The notes under the pieces are model-generated. The model was not told the DNA's origin. It saw only the letters and a list, made by a program, of their open reading frames with translations, and did not search any database. The position numbers and the translations under genes are program-made. A stretch of 64,000 nucleotides of DNA from Amoebophrya sp. A120 (lineage: Eukaryota > Protista > Dinoflagellata), in assembly GCA_905178155.1 (NCBI GenBank), contig CAJINV010000007.1:4552258-4616257 (forward strand), read 5' to 3'. Below are positions 1 through 12,748 of this stretch, one piece after another (within the stretch, counting starts at the first letter, position 1; the number at the start of each line of letters is the position of its first letter).

Positions 1-3000
1 TTCGCCCCAACCGGGTGCAGAACCGGCGCACCCAGCGTCGTGATGAACTCGCGTTTTCGTTGCCGCTCCTGTTCCTCTTGCAGTTTGCGGGCTGCGGTCC
101 GCGGGGAAAGGAACTCTGGCTGGTGATGTTCTTCGACGTCCATTTTGGATGAGTCCCGATTGATGTTTATTTCCAGTTCGTCTTCGTCAAACTCGTCCCG
201 ATCGTGATCAAACGCCTCCATGATCTTGTTCCGACTTGTACTAAAACTAGTTCCAGCGTTTAAACCAACCGACGGATTTACAACTTTGTGTGGGGGATGC
301 AGCTCAGGAGGAGGAATATTAACTCCACCCCCAAGAACAGCAGCTGTACCAAGAGCGCCACCCTTGTTTATTCCGCTTGTAATTCTACTTCCCTTGTTGT
401 TCACCACGTTCGTTGCACCTCCAGTGTGTTCGCCTTCCATGTCGCTGAAAACCGGTAAACCGGGCGGCGCGGGGAACTTCTCACCCGCAATGATGATGGG
501 GACCGCCGGGGCTTGCGGGATTTTTTTCCCTTTCTTCGAAGTAACGATTTGTGGATGTTGTTCCAGGTCCTCGTCCATAATTTCTTGTGCACTTATTGGC
601 GGTTTTTTCGGCAGTATCGGCCCGAATTGATTTGCCTCGGTGATGCAAGGAGTCATGTAAGAACTGGAAGCTCTTCCGATCATCGCCTGATCCTGCTCCT
701 GCCCCTTCACCACCCCGAAATGTTCAAACAGCGGCTTGTTGAGCATCCTTTTTTCCCGGATCCTCTCGTCGTAATCCTCGCTGCTGTCACTCGGCACGAT
801 CCCCTGCTCTCGTCTCGCTTCGCGTCGCTGCTGCTTCGCGCGTTGCTGGCGCTTTTCGCCCTTCGTGAGCTTCTTGTTCACGATGTTGCAGTCCGGGTTC
901 TTCTCCGACCAAAACTTCTCCATTTTGCGATTATGCATTGCAAAAATGTCTGGGTCTGGAAGAATGCAAAGTTGTCATACTAAATCCGAATCATGCAAAA
1001 ATATGTGTTGCATGAGTGCCAAAAGCTGTCCACTTTTGACCAAGATAGTAGTAGTAGTACCATTTAACTCCTGGCGGGTGGGCGTTAGAACAGATTTAGC
1101 CTCTGCCAATACCTGGGCGTTAGAACAGATTTAGCCTCTGCCGATGCCACTTTTGACCAAGATGGAAGGGAGTTTCTCATGCAGGACAGGCATGGCAGAG
1201 ACCTCGCAGAGTCTGTCATGCTAAGGCCCGCATTCCAGACCTCATGGGTCATGGAAAATCTGCATGACAAGTTTACACTCTTCCAGACCCAGACATTTTT
1301 GCACTGCATAGCGATGCCACTGCGCCGATTTGTCGTTGCTGTTCGGGTCCCACCCGACGGTCACGATGTATGGAGTTCTCAAATGTTACATTCTCAACTG
1401 TTACATGAATCTGTAATGCAAAAATGGCAAATGTGAAAGGAGTGGAGGAAGATTGCGCCTTTTGCATTACAAGTTTGGCGCAGATTTAGATGCTGTTTAG
1501 CCCTTTCGAAATTTGTCATGCGAAGCAGCTCGATCATCTGCCGGCTTAAGGTACTTTTGCATGACAAATTCATGCAACAGTTGAGAGTGTAACGTTTGAG
1601 AACGCCATACGATGGTCCGCCCGCGCTTCGTCACTTTCACGCTCGTTTGGTTCACGCGGTGATCCTCTTCCTCATCGAACTCATTTGCAGCTCCTTTGAG
1701 ATTTTTCGGCGGCTTCCATCGATAAATGATATGCGGCTCGTCTTCCTTTTTATTCTTACCACGCCCTTTCTTACTCGACGTCTGCTCCGTCGTGGGATCA
1801 TTCATGGTTCCTCCAACGGCACCATTGGTACCAGCACCGTCCTTGGCGGCGGCGTTTTGCTCAGTTTTTGGCGCGGCTGGCACAGTGATCCAGGCCCCGT
1901 CTTCGTCATAGTAGCCGTCCTCCTCCTCATAGTCGTCTCCGTATTCATCCTTGTAATTGTGCCCGTCCTCGTAGTACTCGTTGTAATCACCTGGGTCGTG
2001 AGCTGCTGCAGTCGCACCCCCGGGCTGATAACTGGCCGGGTGCTGTGGTATCCCTGCCATGAAGTTCGCGTTCATATTCCCGGCGTGCAGGTCAGCGGCA
2101 ACGACAGGAGGAGGAAAGCCGGCGGCAGTCGCCCCTTTGCCTTTGCCCTTTCCAGCACTTAGACTTACAGGCGCTGCCCCGGGTTTGTGGTTGGTACTGG
2201 CATTGGCGCTCTTTGGCACCTGTTCTCCCGGCTTCGATGTGAACATAATCGACGGGGCCGCGCGGTCGAGCCGGTTCTGCTTCTGCATCTCCCACCAAGG
2301 TTTTTCCGGCTCCTTCGGGGGCTGCTGCTTGTTTTCTGCGTCTTTATGCCCCTTTCGCTTGTTCTTCTTGGTTTTGTCATTGTCGATTCCTCCGCCCATC
2401 AACTTTTGCACCACCAAATCGCTATTCTCGGAAAAATTTTCCTCCTCCTCCTCCTCCTCCTCCTCGTCCAAATCCGGCTGACCGGCGAAGAGCCCATCGT
2501 TCCGGCTGGATCTTGACAAATTCTTCAAGTTCTGCTCCGTCAGACCACCGATGGTAACTTTTTTCGCCGATAATTGCGGAGGAGGAATTTTGCCTCCGCG
2601 ATGAACTTGCGACGACGATGTTGGTTCCAGCACAGGAGGTGCGGCAAATGGATTTGGTTGCGGGACGAAAGGCTTTTGGAGAAAAGGGTTTGGATTGCTG
2701 TTCACGAAAGGGTTAGGCGGTGCGAGAACTGAACTTGGCTTCTTTGACCACACTGCTGGCCCACCTGCTTTACTGGTGCTTCTATTTTTCTGCCCCAGAA
2801 CAACATCGGTCGGTGGCTCCTTTTTGTCCAGGTGCCTCACCAGCTCCATTTCGTTCGAGGAAGAGGCTGACGCGCTCGCGCTTTCCCGTTTCGTGTTATC
2901 ACCTGGAGCTGCTTGTTTTCCTGTGTCTGTGTGCTCTTTGGATTTACCTTTGATGTTGGCTTGCGTCGTGCTATTACCTTTGTCGGCTTCGCTCACGTTC

Positions 3001-6000
3001 AAGCCGGCCTTGCTGAGAATATCCTGCATGTCCTCCTTTTCGATTGCCGGAACATCAACTACGGGCACTGCTTCGTGACCACACGGAGGTCGTGCTCTGG
3101 CAGGAGCTCCGGGTGAAGAAGATTCGTTCGCTTGATTTGGTGCAGCGTCCGACTCAGTTTTCTTCCGGTCCAGCATGTGCTGGATTAGTTCCGCCTCGGA
3201 CAGAGGAGGGGCCGGCTTTGCAGGTGCGGCCCCGGCAAGAGCGCTCAGGCTCGGTTCTTGTTCCACCTGTTTATCTTCCTGTAGTACAGCCGTGCGTTCT
3301 AGCTGCTGCTCTTCCAATTCGGACCGAACCGGAACCGCGGAAGCATTCTGTACCTCCTCCTCTTGGTCCTGTTCCTTCGAGCTCTGCCGCTTTTGCTCGG
3401 TCTGTTCCGCTAGGGCTTTCTTCTTCCTCTTCAACAGTAATCGGTACTTGTCTTTTGCCGCTTCGCTAAGAGCACTTTTTGGCTTGGGGTTGGAAGACGA
3501 AGCTGCTGGCAGTCGTACCCCTTCGTTCTGCTCGTCACTGCTAGAAGGCGCAGCTGGTCGTGCAGATCCTAATACAGGAGGTGCTGCTGGTTTCATCTTT
3601 GGGTCGTTCTCAGTTCCTGCTCGTGGTTGCACAGCAGCAACAGCGGGAACTGCTTCCGCTGCGGGCGCCGGAGTAGTAGAGAGCTGCTTCTCATTGGGCA
3701 GCTCATCCGCCGCTTCTTCCATCTCGACGTCGTCACGAGCTGGTTTTTCATCTTCAAAAAGAACATCTTCACCAATGGCCGCGTCCTGCAAAGAGTCTTT
3801 GCCTCCAATATCTGGATGTAGAGCGGTGTCAACATCATGATACAGTGCGGTATCCTCGCGAAAACCAGCGAAGTCGTCTTCATCCTCGCCCATCAGCTTC
3901 GCCACAAGCGAATCCCGCGGCGATTCGGGGTCGTGGTCCTGGAAATGGGAAACGTCCATCATGTAAAACTTAGCTAAGACTTCCTTCGGCGTCACGGTGG
4001 TCAACCTTTTCGCATACCATTCTACGTGCTCCCGTTCGCAGCTGAAGGGCCGCTGCCACAAGGGAAGGGGTTTAGAAAGGCGAGGAGGGGTGGGGTCTTT
4101 ATTTATTTCGTCGTCCACAATGGCAGGAGGTGGGGGGTCTGCATCTTCTATTGGAGCGTCGGACCTTATTGGTTCCGTCACTGCAGGTGGGCGCTTTGTC
4201 TCCGATGCTTGTTTGGCCTTGGGCGGTCGGGTCTGTTTCATTCGGAGATAATTGCGAACGTCATTGATGAAACAGACAACAGATGCGCACTTTAGTAGCG
4301 TTGCTCCGAACAAAGAAGGAAGAGGAAAATTTAGAGTGAAGAACATGTAAAACGTTCTTCCTGTCGCGGCGCGCATCAGTATCTAGACATGAATGCGAAC
4401 AATGGTGGAAAAAAGCATTTCAGAACTACTAAGTTGACTAAGTACCCCCTCCATTTCGAGCGCGTCTTCATCTTCCATGGCCATCTCCTCTCTTTCTCGC
4501 CATTCCTGTCGGCGCAACGCCTCCGCTTCCTTTTTCCGCTTCGCAATTTCTTCCACCAAATTGTCGTTATTTGCTTCGTTCAAACCGATGGCAACCAGCG
4601 GATCCGGATCTTCGCTAATCAGCGATTTTTTCAGAAATTGCTCGGACACTTGGTCCGGCCGCGCCATCGCATGGCTCTGCAACATTTGCTCAATTTCGAC
4701 CGCTTCAAAAGGCTTGTGATTTATTTGCTGAAATTGGTGCGCCGGAGATATTCCCGAAGATGTTGCCTGCTGCTGCTCCTGCGCATTCGCGCTCGCCGTC
4801 CCTGCTGCACTTCCGCCTGCACGAAGCTTCCGTCTCTCCTCCACGGTAAGCCTTGCAACAGGCGGTTTCTTTTCGGCTGTGCTGCCCTTTCCTTCTGGGT
4901 TTTTATTTTCCATCGTGATCATACCGCTTTCGAAAACATACTTCTGCCGCTTTGCAGATGGCTCGTAGTTCGCATCTTCTTCATGTGACGCCGTTCTTAT
5001 TGTGGCAACGCGATTTGATATCTCGCGTTGATTTTTGGATGTAGGACTGATTTGTGCCAGCAAATCTTCAACCTCCTGCTCACGAACAGAGGAAGAGGCG
5101 GTTTGGGTTTGTGCAGCTGGCTTGCTTTGCTCTTCGTAATTGTCATGCCACGATGACGACTCGTTAGCTGCACGTCCGGACCTTTTCTTGTATGATGCGG
5201 ACGGAGGATCGTCACCTGGGCGTCTCGATGCGGCCGGGCCCGGCGGAGGTCGTTGCGCCGCCATAGGACTACCACCGGACGCATCATGTACAGCTTCATC
5301 ACTGACCGCAATTGCAGCAGCGCCTGCCGCGCTCGGGTTTATTCCACTGTCTTGCACAGCATGGACTTCTCCGTCCTCTTCTGCCTGATGACGATGTGCC
5401 CCTCCAGAGGAAGACTTCGACCTTCCCCGCCCCTGCTTCTCCTGTTCCGCTTCTTGTAGTTGCTCCCTCAACCGCTTGACCTCGTCCTCCCGCTCCTTCT
5501 CCCTTTGCTCCCGCTCGAGGTCTCGCTGCTTAAACTGCTGCAACAACGCCTGCATTTCCGACAGCACGTGACTGTTGTTCTCCTCACTTTGCTGTTTACC
5601 ACTCTGCTGACTGTTGCCATCACTGTGGCTCTGGTGATGTTCCACTTGAAATTGCCCTCCATCTCTTCCTCCGCCGGTGCAAGTGATCGTGCTGCGATTT
5701 CCGAGCGAGCTTCGGCGTTGTTGTGGATTGCTACTGTTCTGGCTTTGCCGTCTGTGATTGACGTCTTCAAGAGCCAGAACAGGTGGGCTGCAATCGTTTT
5801 CTTGCTCTCCCGCCTCTTCGTCGGCATGATCGTGTGCCTGTGGCACAAAGTCTTGACCTTCATAGGCAAAGTCCTGATTTTGATAGGCCTGCTCTTCTTG
5901 GTAGTAATCTCCATATCCCTGCTGTGTGTCCTGATCATAGTGAGCATAGGGCGGTCCTCTAACCGCGCCGTGAATACTTCTACCGGCACTTCTCGGCGTG

Positions 6001-7691
6001 GCCCGAGGCAGTGCTCCTTTCCCCCCAGCAGCTGCCTTCCCGCCTGCTGCCTGCTTCTTGCCAGCCTTTCCCTTGGGAGCAGGACCTGAACCTGTACTTC
6101 CAGCACCACCTCCAGGAAATGGAGGATAGTCGTAGTTGGTCCCGCCGCGGCGGCCCTTAGAGCTTGCACCACCAGCACCCTTGTGCTTGTTGTGGTTGGA
6201 ATTGTACTGAGCAGGATCTTCCCAATGCGACCAAACATCAGCCAGGGGCACCATGGGTCCTGCGGCGGTCATGACCACGGACTGAATGTTCTTGGCGACC
6301 TGTTTCCCCTTGCCGCGAGGGTCCGGCCCTCCGCGAGTACTGCTGCCTCGCTGAAGATTTCGCGCATAGGCCCCCGGACGAGCAGGGTACGGATAGTGAT
6401 ACTGGGAATAATTATGACCAGTGTCTTCTACTTCTTGATCGTAATGTTCATGGTGCTCTTCTTGTTCTTCTTCTTCTTGCCCGTGAAGACTCTCGTTGTA
6501 TTCACCATTATGTACTACTTCCTCGGCATTCTGCTCGCCTGGTTCCGCACTGTCTTCGGCTGCTTCTTCAGAGTTGTTGCAGTAGTCCGCTTCAACGTCA
6601 TCCGCTAGTGCAAGTTCTGCGTCCTCAAGAACTTCGTGCTGTTCCTCCTCGTAGTATTCGTCATGATTTTGTTCGTGTTGATAAGCGCGTGCCTGGTGGC
6701 CCCCGGCACCGCTCTGTCGCGAGGGCGGTGTGTTGTAGGAGTCGACGTACTGATCACGTTGATCGTATGCGTGATGTGAATCTGGATATGCGTAGTAGGC
6801 CCCCTGCTGCTTGTGGCCTGCCTTCCCATATGGATTCGGTCGGATTGACGAAGCTGTAGCGGTTCGCGCACCTCCAGCAATACTCCCTTGAATAAAAGCA
6901 GCACCGACCGGTCCCTTCGTCCCTTTCTGAGTTCCTTTCGAGGTGGCATTTGGCTTCCGTTGATGTCTGTGCTGTGCTATGGGCATGGCGTGCCCGCTCC
7001 GATGCTCATGATACACGACTACACTGTCTGCTCCCGCCGACGCCGGATAATTTGTGCCCCCACCGCCCTTGTTCATCATCGTTCGGGTTCGCGAGGAGCT
7101 AGACGGTTTTCCACCCGCACGAGAGGACTGCGCTTGCTCTTTTCCACTCTTCCCCTCATCTCGCGAGCCCCTCGCACTGCCGCTTCCTTCTGTCACGTCC
7201 AGCTCGTCGCGACGGGAGGCAACTACGTAGGCCGGCGCAGGAGGAACACGACCTTGATGTACTTGTCTTAGTTCTTGTCCTCCTCGCCCAGGAGCTTGCT
7301 GCTCGTCCAGCCCGACTGCCCCGGCGGATGACGGATAGGGCGAAGACAACATCGAGGAGCTACTTGGCACCGCCGTGGTGGTCCGCGTCCTGGCGGTTCG
7401 TGCGGTGAGTAGTTGGCGCTGTCTTTCACGAAAGTTGGAAGTAGGAGGAGCCCCCACGTGGTGCGGAAGTGGGTTCATCAGGGAGGAGGCGTGATTCTTG
7501 GGGTCGTTACTAGCGTGCCCACCCGTTGAGGCTTCTTGTTCTTTATCATACAACCGTGCTTGTTCTTCTTCCCACTCGTTTTCACCGTTCCAGTTATTTT
7601 GGTCGTCATAGTCGTGGCGCTGTTCTGCCTGAGGTGGTGCAACCGGTTGGTCCACCGGCGCTTCTTCGTCGCCCCAACTGTAGAAGGACAT
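1..7691 (-). CDS. Very large low-complexity hypothetical protein, multi-exon, 3' end beyond window start
   Basis: ORFs 4383-7691 and 1497-4376 can be joined by a phase-0 GT..AG intron 4233-4445 (LEMEG|TRPPK). Removing introners 1369-1609 and 932-1310 (+5 bp each) gives KRGRTIVTVGWDPNSNDKSAQWHRKMEKFWSEKNPD, open to position 1. Confidence 0.7.
932..1310. mobile_element. Introner, family A, with nested 117-bp insertion
   Basis: TIR TATGCATTGCAAAAATGTCTGGGTCTGGAAGA; TSD GCGAT at 927-931 and 1311-1315; frame restored on removal. Confidence 0.92.
1047..1146 (-). mobile_element. Probable 5'-truncated non-LTR retroelement/SINE 3' fragment nested in an introner
   Basis: 17-bp direct repeat CCACTTTTGACCAAGAT at 1030-1046 and 1147-1163; (AGT)4 tail at 1047-1059; absent from sister element 39991-40252. 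Confidence 0.6.
1369..1609. mobile_element. Introner, singleton family (TIR TATGGAGTTCTCAAATGTTACA, ~55 bp)
   Basis: TSD CGATG at 1364-1368 and 1610-1614; frame restored. Confidence 0.92.
4233..4445 (-). other. Predicted canonical GT-AG intron
   Basis: GTACTT donor and AAACAG acceptor, both phase 0, join two long ORFs. Confidence 0.55.
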
Positions 7692-8347
7692 TAGGCGGGT
7701 CTGACATGCGTTTCTTTTTTTTTAAACCTATAGTTAGATACCTATTCCAAAGGAAGAATACGGATGGCGGGGCGAATAAACAGATTTCTAAAAAAGATGT
7801 GTCAAATTCAAAGAAATCTAAATCACAACTTAAACGAGTACGAAAATAAAGAGAAAAAAACATACAATTCTTTCTGACTGCTGGTGGGTGCCGCTGCGAA
7901 AAAGATTGGAAACGAGGAAACCGTGCTGGTGTGAAGCAGTAGAGGAGTATTGTCAGAAACTTGTCCGGAAATGGAGTCAAAATCCCACCATCTTCAGAGT
8001 CGATCCACCTGACGCTGACCATCCTGGATCATCTGTGACTCTGTTTACAGTAGATCAGATATTAGCCTTTTATGAAGACGTCGGAGCTCCTGCAAGAACG
8101 GAACCAGTTGTATCAAAAAAGGAAGGCGATGGATCTGCAACAGAACACAAACGCTATGACACGTCACAGCAACAGACCAGGGGTAGTTGTAGCGGTGGCC
8201 CTACTTCGCCAAAGAGTCACATCAAAGGCGTGGACGTCGTCGAAGCTTATGATTGAATTTGTAAAAAATTCCTGTACAATTAAAATTATTTTGCTTGTGG
8301 AGCTGTGCTTGTGGCTTGAAGAAAGTCCAGCACCTGATGTTGAATCT

Positions 8348-10576
8348 TCACATCGCCATCATCCTGTATCGCTGGACAAAAGGATACTGCTCGTCTTCCT
8401 CTTCATAATAGTCCTCCGCATCATGCTCCTCCCAATCCTCAGGATCTCTGCCCGAATGGTCCCGACGACGGACCTTCTGTTGTTCTACTTCGCCAGCATC
8501 TTCACAGACTTTATCGTCCTCCTCCGCCACCTCCCCGACAGCGATCCGCTCCATAATGCCGACGGTGAGAGACAAGGTTCGGAGGTTTTCCATTTGTTTG
8601 CCTTTTTTTTCCAAGGTAGAAGCGTTTGCCGTTTCGCCAGCGGCACCAGGCGACCTGTCATGCCTTTGCTGACTCGCCGTTGCCGCGCACTCTGCTTGTT
8701 CCAAAAACGGCCTAAATTGCCGCAACAAAACACGAATCTTCTCAGGTGGTTGTGCCGCTTTTCGTTGTCTGTTAGAATTTCTGTGTACTGAAACAACTTC
8801 TTCGTCCACCATCGTCACTTTTATCGGCTGCCGCAAGTAGCACAGCGTTTGCTTGAAACAGCTCTTCACGTGGTTCGTGGTGCAGGTAATGGAGCGATTG
8901 TTTGTCGGGGAAAGAAGGGATTGGGAAAGCAGGGACAAAGGGGAAAGGTCATCTTCGCTGTGATGTTCTTCATTTGCTGCATCCAGGCAGTTCTCTTTGC
9001 CTGGTGTCGTGCGACCGTGCATTCCCGGACAATTTGTCGTGTTCGAAAAGAAGTGCACGTCAAACCAAAACGCCAGCGTATCGAAGTTCTTCGTGTAGTC
9101 TTCATCAACTTCTTGTGCCTCGACATCGCCCTGCACCTGCTTCGCCACCTCATCGTCATTTTCGCCCATGACGACGTCTTCTACTTCCCCTGGGTCGCAA
9201 GAAGCATGAACATGATGCTCCGCAGCCTCGCTGTGCGACCCAGATGAAAAGCTCCGGAGGGATGTTACCAAACTCTTGTCCCGCATGAAACTGTGCGTTC
9301 CAAACTTGTCGCTCCTTCTCGTCTTTGACTTGAAGAACAGTTCCGCGGTGTAATTCCCTCGGGCCTGGCTCCTGGTCATTGTGTAGAAATTCAATCTCAG
9401 CACCCTCTCCGCATTAAAGCCCATCTCCTGCTGTGCTCTTACGCCTTTATTTCTCGTCTTACTGTGCCGAGTTTCTTTCCCCACTTTATCTTCGTCTCCT
9501 CCTTCCTCCCCTGATACCTCCATCATCTCCGGTCTCGTCTTGAGGTGCACGTTTGCGTTGGCCAATAGTGTGGTGTGCGTCGGCTCCTCATAGGCCGCTT
9601 TGTCCAATGGCGAGAAGTCGATCGCCGCGTACTCCCCCTTGCAGTCTTCGACTAAACCCTCGCGAATCCAGGAGCTGAAGTGCGGCTGCCCGCTGGCGCC
9701 GAGCTCCGCATAAAGGGTGCAAGCGTCAGGGACGAGTGTGGAGGTTTCGGTCGGTTTTAGTAAAAAATCCCGCGCGATTACCACCTCCTCGAGTCTGCTG
9801 TCGAAAAACAAACAGGAGCCGAATGGGACGGAGAGAATCGTGTCGAATTTCATCATTTTCCGGTGGTCGTCGTTTATTTTCTTGGTCGTGCTGTCAGGGC
9901 GTGGTAGCTGAGCTGATGCAGGAGCATCTTCCACGACAATGGAACAAGATGTTGCTGCTTGCGGTGGATCATGTTGAACTACTGCACCATCGGATACCTG
10001 CAGCAGGTCTCGCAAAGCTTCCTGGACTTTATCAATCGTCTCGAGGTTTTCTGTCAATTGGAAAGAGGATCGCGAAGATGTTGAGGAAGAACTGCAGCTA
10101 CTCCCGCTTAGCCCTTCTGTCGTCTTCAAAAGCCCGCCCTTGACGAATTTCAGCTTTTTCCTCCAACTTCCGTTTGGAAAATTTTCCTCGGCCAATTTTT
10201 CCGCGACGGACAGGACCTCGTCGCAACCTTCGACCGCAACCACCGCCCGCGCCCCGGCTTTCAAGGCGAGGAGAGACAAAACCCCGAACCCGCACCCCAG
10301 GTCGAGCACGAGCTTGTCCTTAAAGTAGCGGTCGGCGTTTTTCGTGATCGCTCTCAGGTACGTCGGGTACAGGATGCCATCCTTCAGCATCGCCTCGAAA
10401 GCATTTGTGCCCTTCCAGGCATTGAAGTAGATATCCGCCGAGGAATGCGTCGTGGTCGAGGTCGGAGGTTCTTGGCACGGTTGGACCACGACCTCGGACG
10501 CAATTTGATTTTTCGCCGGGGGAGGCAATTTCAGAGGAGGTGCCGCTGCTGCTACACCAACGGGTAGCTTTGCCAT
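8348..10576 (-). CDS. Protein arginine methyltransferase-like protein (PRMT1/3 family), catalytic motifs degenerate
   Basis: MLKD, motif I VLDLGCGFGVLSL, post-I VVAVE, FDTILSVPFGSCLFFDS..ARDFLLKP, LAFWFDVHF and KQTLCYL match the PRMT layout. Confidence 0.8.
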   Translation of the reverse strand: MAKLPVGVAAAAPPLKLPPPAKNQIASEVVVQPCQEPPTSTTTHSSADIYFNAWKGTNAFEAMLKDGILYPTYLRAITKNADRYFKDKLVLDLGCGFGVLSLLALKAGARAVVAVEGCDEVLSVAEKLAEENFPNGSWRKKLKFVKGGLLKTTEGLSGSSCSSSSTSSRSSFQLTENLETIDKVQEALRDLLQVSDGAVVQHDPPQAATSCSIVVEDAPASAQLPRPDSTTKKINDDHRKMMKFDTILSVPFGSCLFFDSRLEEVVIARDFLLKPTETSTLVPDACTLYAELGASGQPHFSSWIREGLVEDCKGEYAAIDFSPLDKAAYEEPTHTTLLANANVHLKTRPEMMEVSGEEGGDEDKVGKETRHSKTRNKGVRAQQEMGFNAERVLRLNFYTMTRSQARGNYTAELFFKSKTRRSDKFGTHSFMRDKSLVTSLRSFSSGSHSEAAEHHVHASCDPGEVEDVVMGENDDEVAKQVQGDVEAQEVDEDYTKNFDTLAFWFDVHFFSNTTNCPGMHGRTTPGKENCLDAANEEHHSEDDLSPLSLLSQSLLSPTNNRSITCTTNHVKSCFKQTLCYLRQPIKVTMVDEEVVSVHRNSNRQRKAAQPPEKIRVLLRQFRPFLEQAECAATASQQRHDRSPGAAGETANASTLEKKGKQMENLRTLSLTVGIMERIAVGEVAEEDDKVCEDAGEVEQQKVRRRDHSGRDPEDWEEHDAEDYYEEEDEQYPFVQRYRMMAM

Positions 10577-12748
10577 AGTTCTGAAGTTGGAAGTGGTTCG
10601 AACTTAAGCAAATAACTTGAGAAGTCACACTCACGACAACAGTTGGATTGTAAAAATTGAAATAATCTCGTCGATGACCTTGTGTTTCGCGACCATCGAT
10701 GGAATGCACATGTACGCCTGGGCCTACGCGCTGAACCTAATCGCAATCGTAAAAATACTTCCTCTTTGTCACTCTGTCAACGTGGCTGAATTGGAACCAG
10801 AAGATAAAGGAAATGTTGATCAACGAACAACATCTCTAAAAAATCCACTTTCGACGAGAATCGTACCGCGTCGCACTGACCTACAGCAGGCAACACAACT
10901 GACTCGACTGGCACAGACATCGTAAATTAAAAGCCACATGAACATGATCTAACCACAACCCCGAACCCGATCAACATCAGATCCTTTATTCTATTTCTAA
11001 TTCTATTTTTTCATACAATTACAAACGGGAAAATGGAAGAGGATCGCGGTACCAACATGCCAAAGATCCTCCTGCGCATAGATACGGATCACATCAAAAG
11101 GATCCGGGAGATCTTTATTTGACGAGTTTCCTCGTGTCTTTCAGAGACGAACTCGATCTGATTGGAAAATCTCATTCTTTAGATCTTGTCCGTAGACGGA
11201 CAGACTTTCTTATGACCTTCGACTTTCATGATCATGATCGGAAATTTGTATGTGTTCCATTTACTTTGACCTTGGTCAGATGCAGATCACGAGGTGGTCG
11301 TCCTAAATTTTTACACGACTAGGCACACAGAACGTCACGATTTTGCAAAGACGAACAGACCCAGACCCTGCGCCCTTTTATCCGTAGCGCCGCCGCAAGA
11401 CAGATTATCCCTAGGAGAATCTTGCTACCATATCACACGCCACGCCGAGCAGTGAAAAGTCGTACAAAACTTATTCCGGAGTTACAATTCGCTGACGTTG
11501 TGCAGAGCCAAGACTATATCAGCTTCGACGTCAAACAGGTCAGAGTTGCCCCGAAAATCGAAAATCACTTTGGACGAATCTCCTCGGTCTGCCGAGCTTG
11601 TTGAGCGACGGAGACTGCGGATTTGCCTGTTATTTTTGGACACAGACAAGGGTCATTAGCATTACGTTTACGAGGACCAAAAGTACAAGTAATGTCAGGA
11701 AAATGTCGCTGAAAATAAAGCAAGGCCAAGGCATGACTACTTACTTGCACTAAAAGCACAATCGAATGCGCAGAAGTAGGTACTTGTTAGTACGTGATTA
11801 AACGGCAGCTCGTTTTTCCCGCGCACCGCCTCGGAAAAGAATCCCTTGATTTCCGAGAACAAGCCCTCGGCGAGTATCACTGGCGTTTGGTACACATCGG
11901 TCATCATGATGGCAAGACCTACGATGTTAGTGTTTCTTGTGTCAGAATGAGTTTGAGATGAATCTCCATGAGGCATGACACGTCGGAAGCAAGCCCGAAA
12001 GTGCTCCCTTGGTCGTGCACAGAAGAACTGGAAAATACAAATAAGCAACATTTGTTGAATAAACATCGTATACCGAGAGACAGCTTCTTCGGAAACTTGC
12101 CTGACATCTTTTCTTGACTCGCTCCGGTCAGTGTCAAGGCGTATCGAATAAAACAGACAGTTCTTGATATACGTCGTTCGACTACCTTTCGGTCTTGAGC
12201 AGTGAATAATTCAAAAAAACAGAAATGTGGCTCTCTTCCATTCAAATTGTGGTTGGGGTATAGTGTAGCAACCGTGTTGTACCAAAACGATTGGTAATTG
12301 GCTTTCGCTTTGCGATAGTTTCCACCAATAGCAAAAAAGCGAAAACGAAGAAAAGCTTGAGTGGTTGCACAGTGTGTGGCGCTAGAAGAACACCTTCGAC
12401 GTGTGGCAAAGCGACTGGTATCTCTGAGATGCTGCGCTTGCGTGGATGAGCAGCTAGCTAAACCCGATGCTCTCCTCCATTTTTCAATTTCATCTGTTTG
12501 ATGTTACCTTTCCGCTTTCCGCAGAATTTCAATTTTCTACTTCTACCACAAGCGCACAACAATACATAGCTACAACTTAGTGCACTTACTTTCTGTACTT
12601 ATGATCAACATATTGATGGTTGATCTTTCTCCTCGTTGTGCGTTTATTCGCTAAGTCGTGTTTTCTACCTTACTGATGTCGATTTGCACTACAACAAGTA
12701 GACTTCCAACTCCCCTGAGATTATACTAATTTTGATATAGTTTTGTCT

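Noticed and set aside
10600-12700. Long intergenic region with short ORFs
   Set aside because: No motif, repeat, TIR pair or RNA-gene structure that I could support
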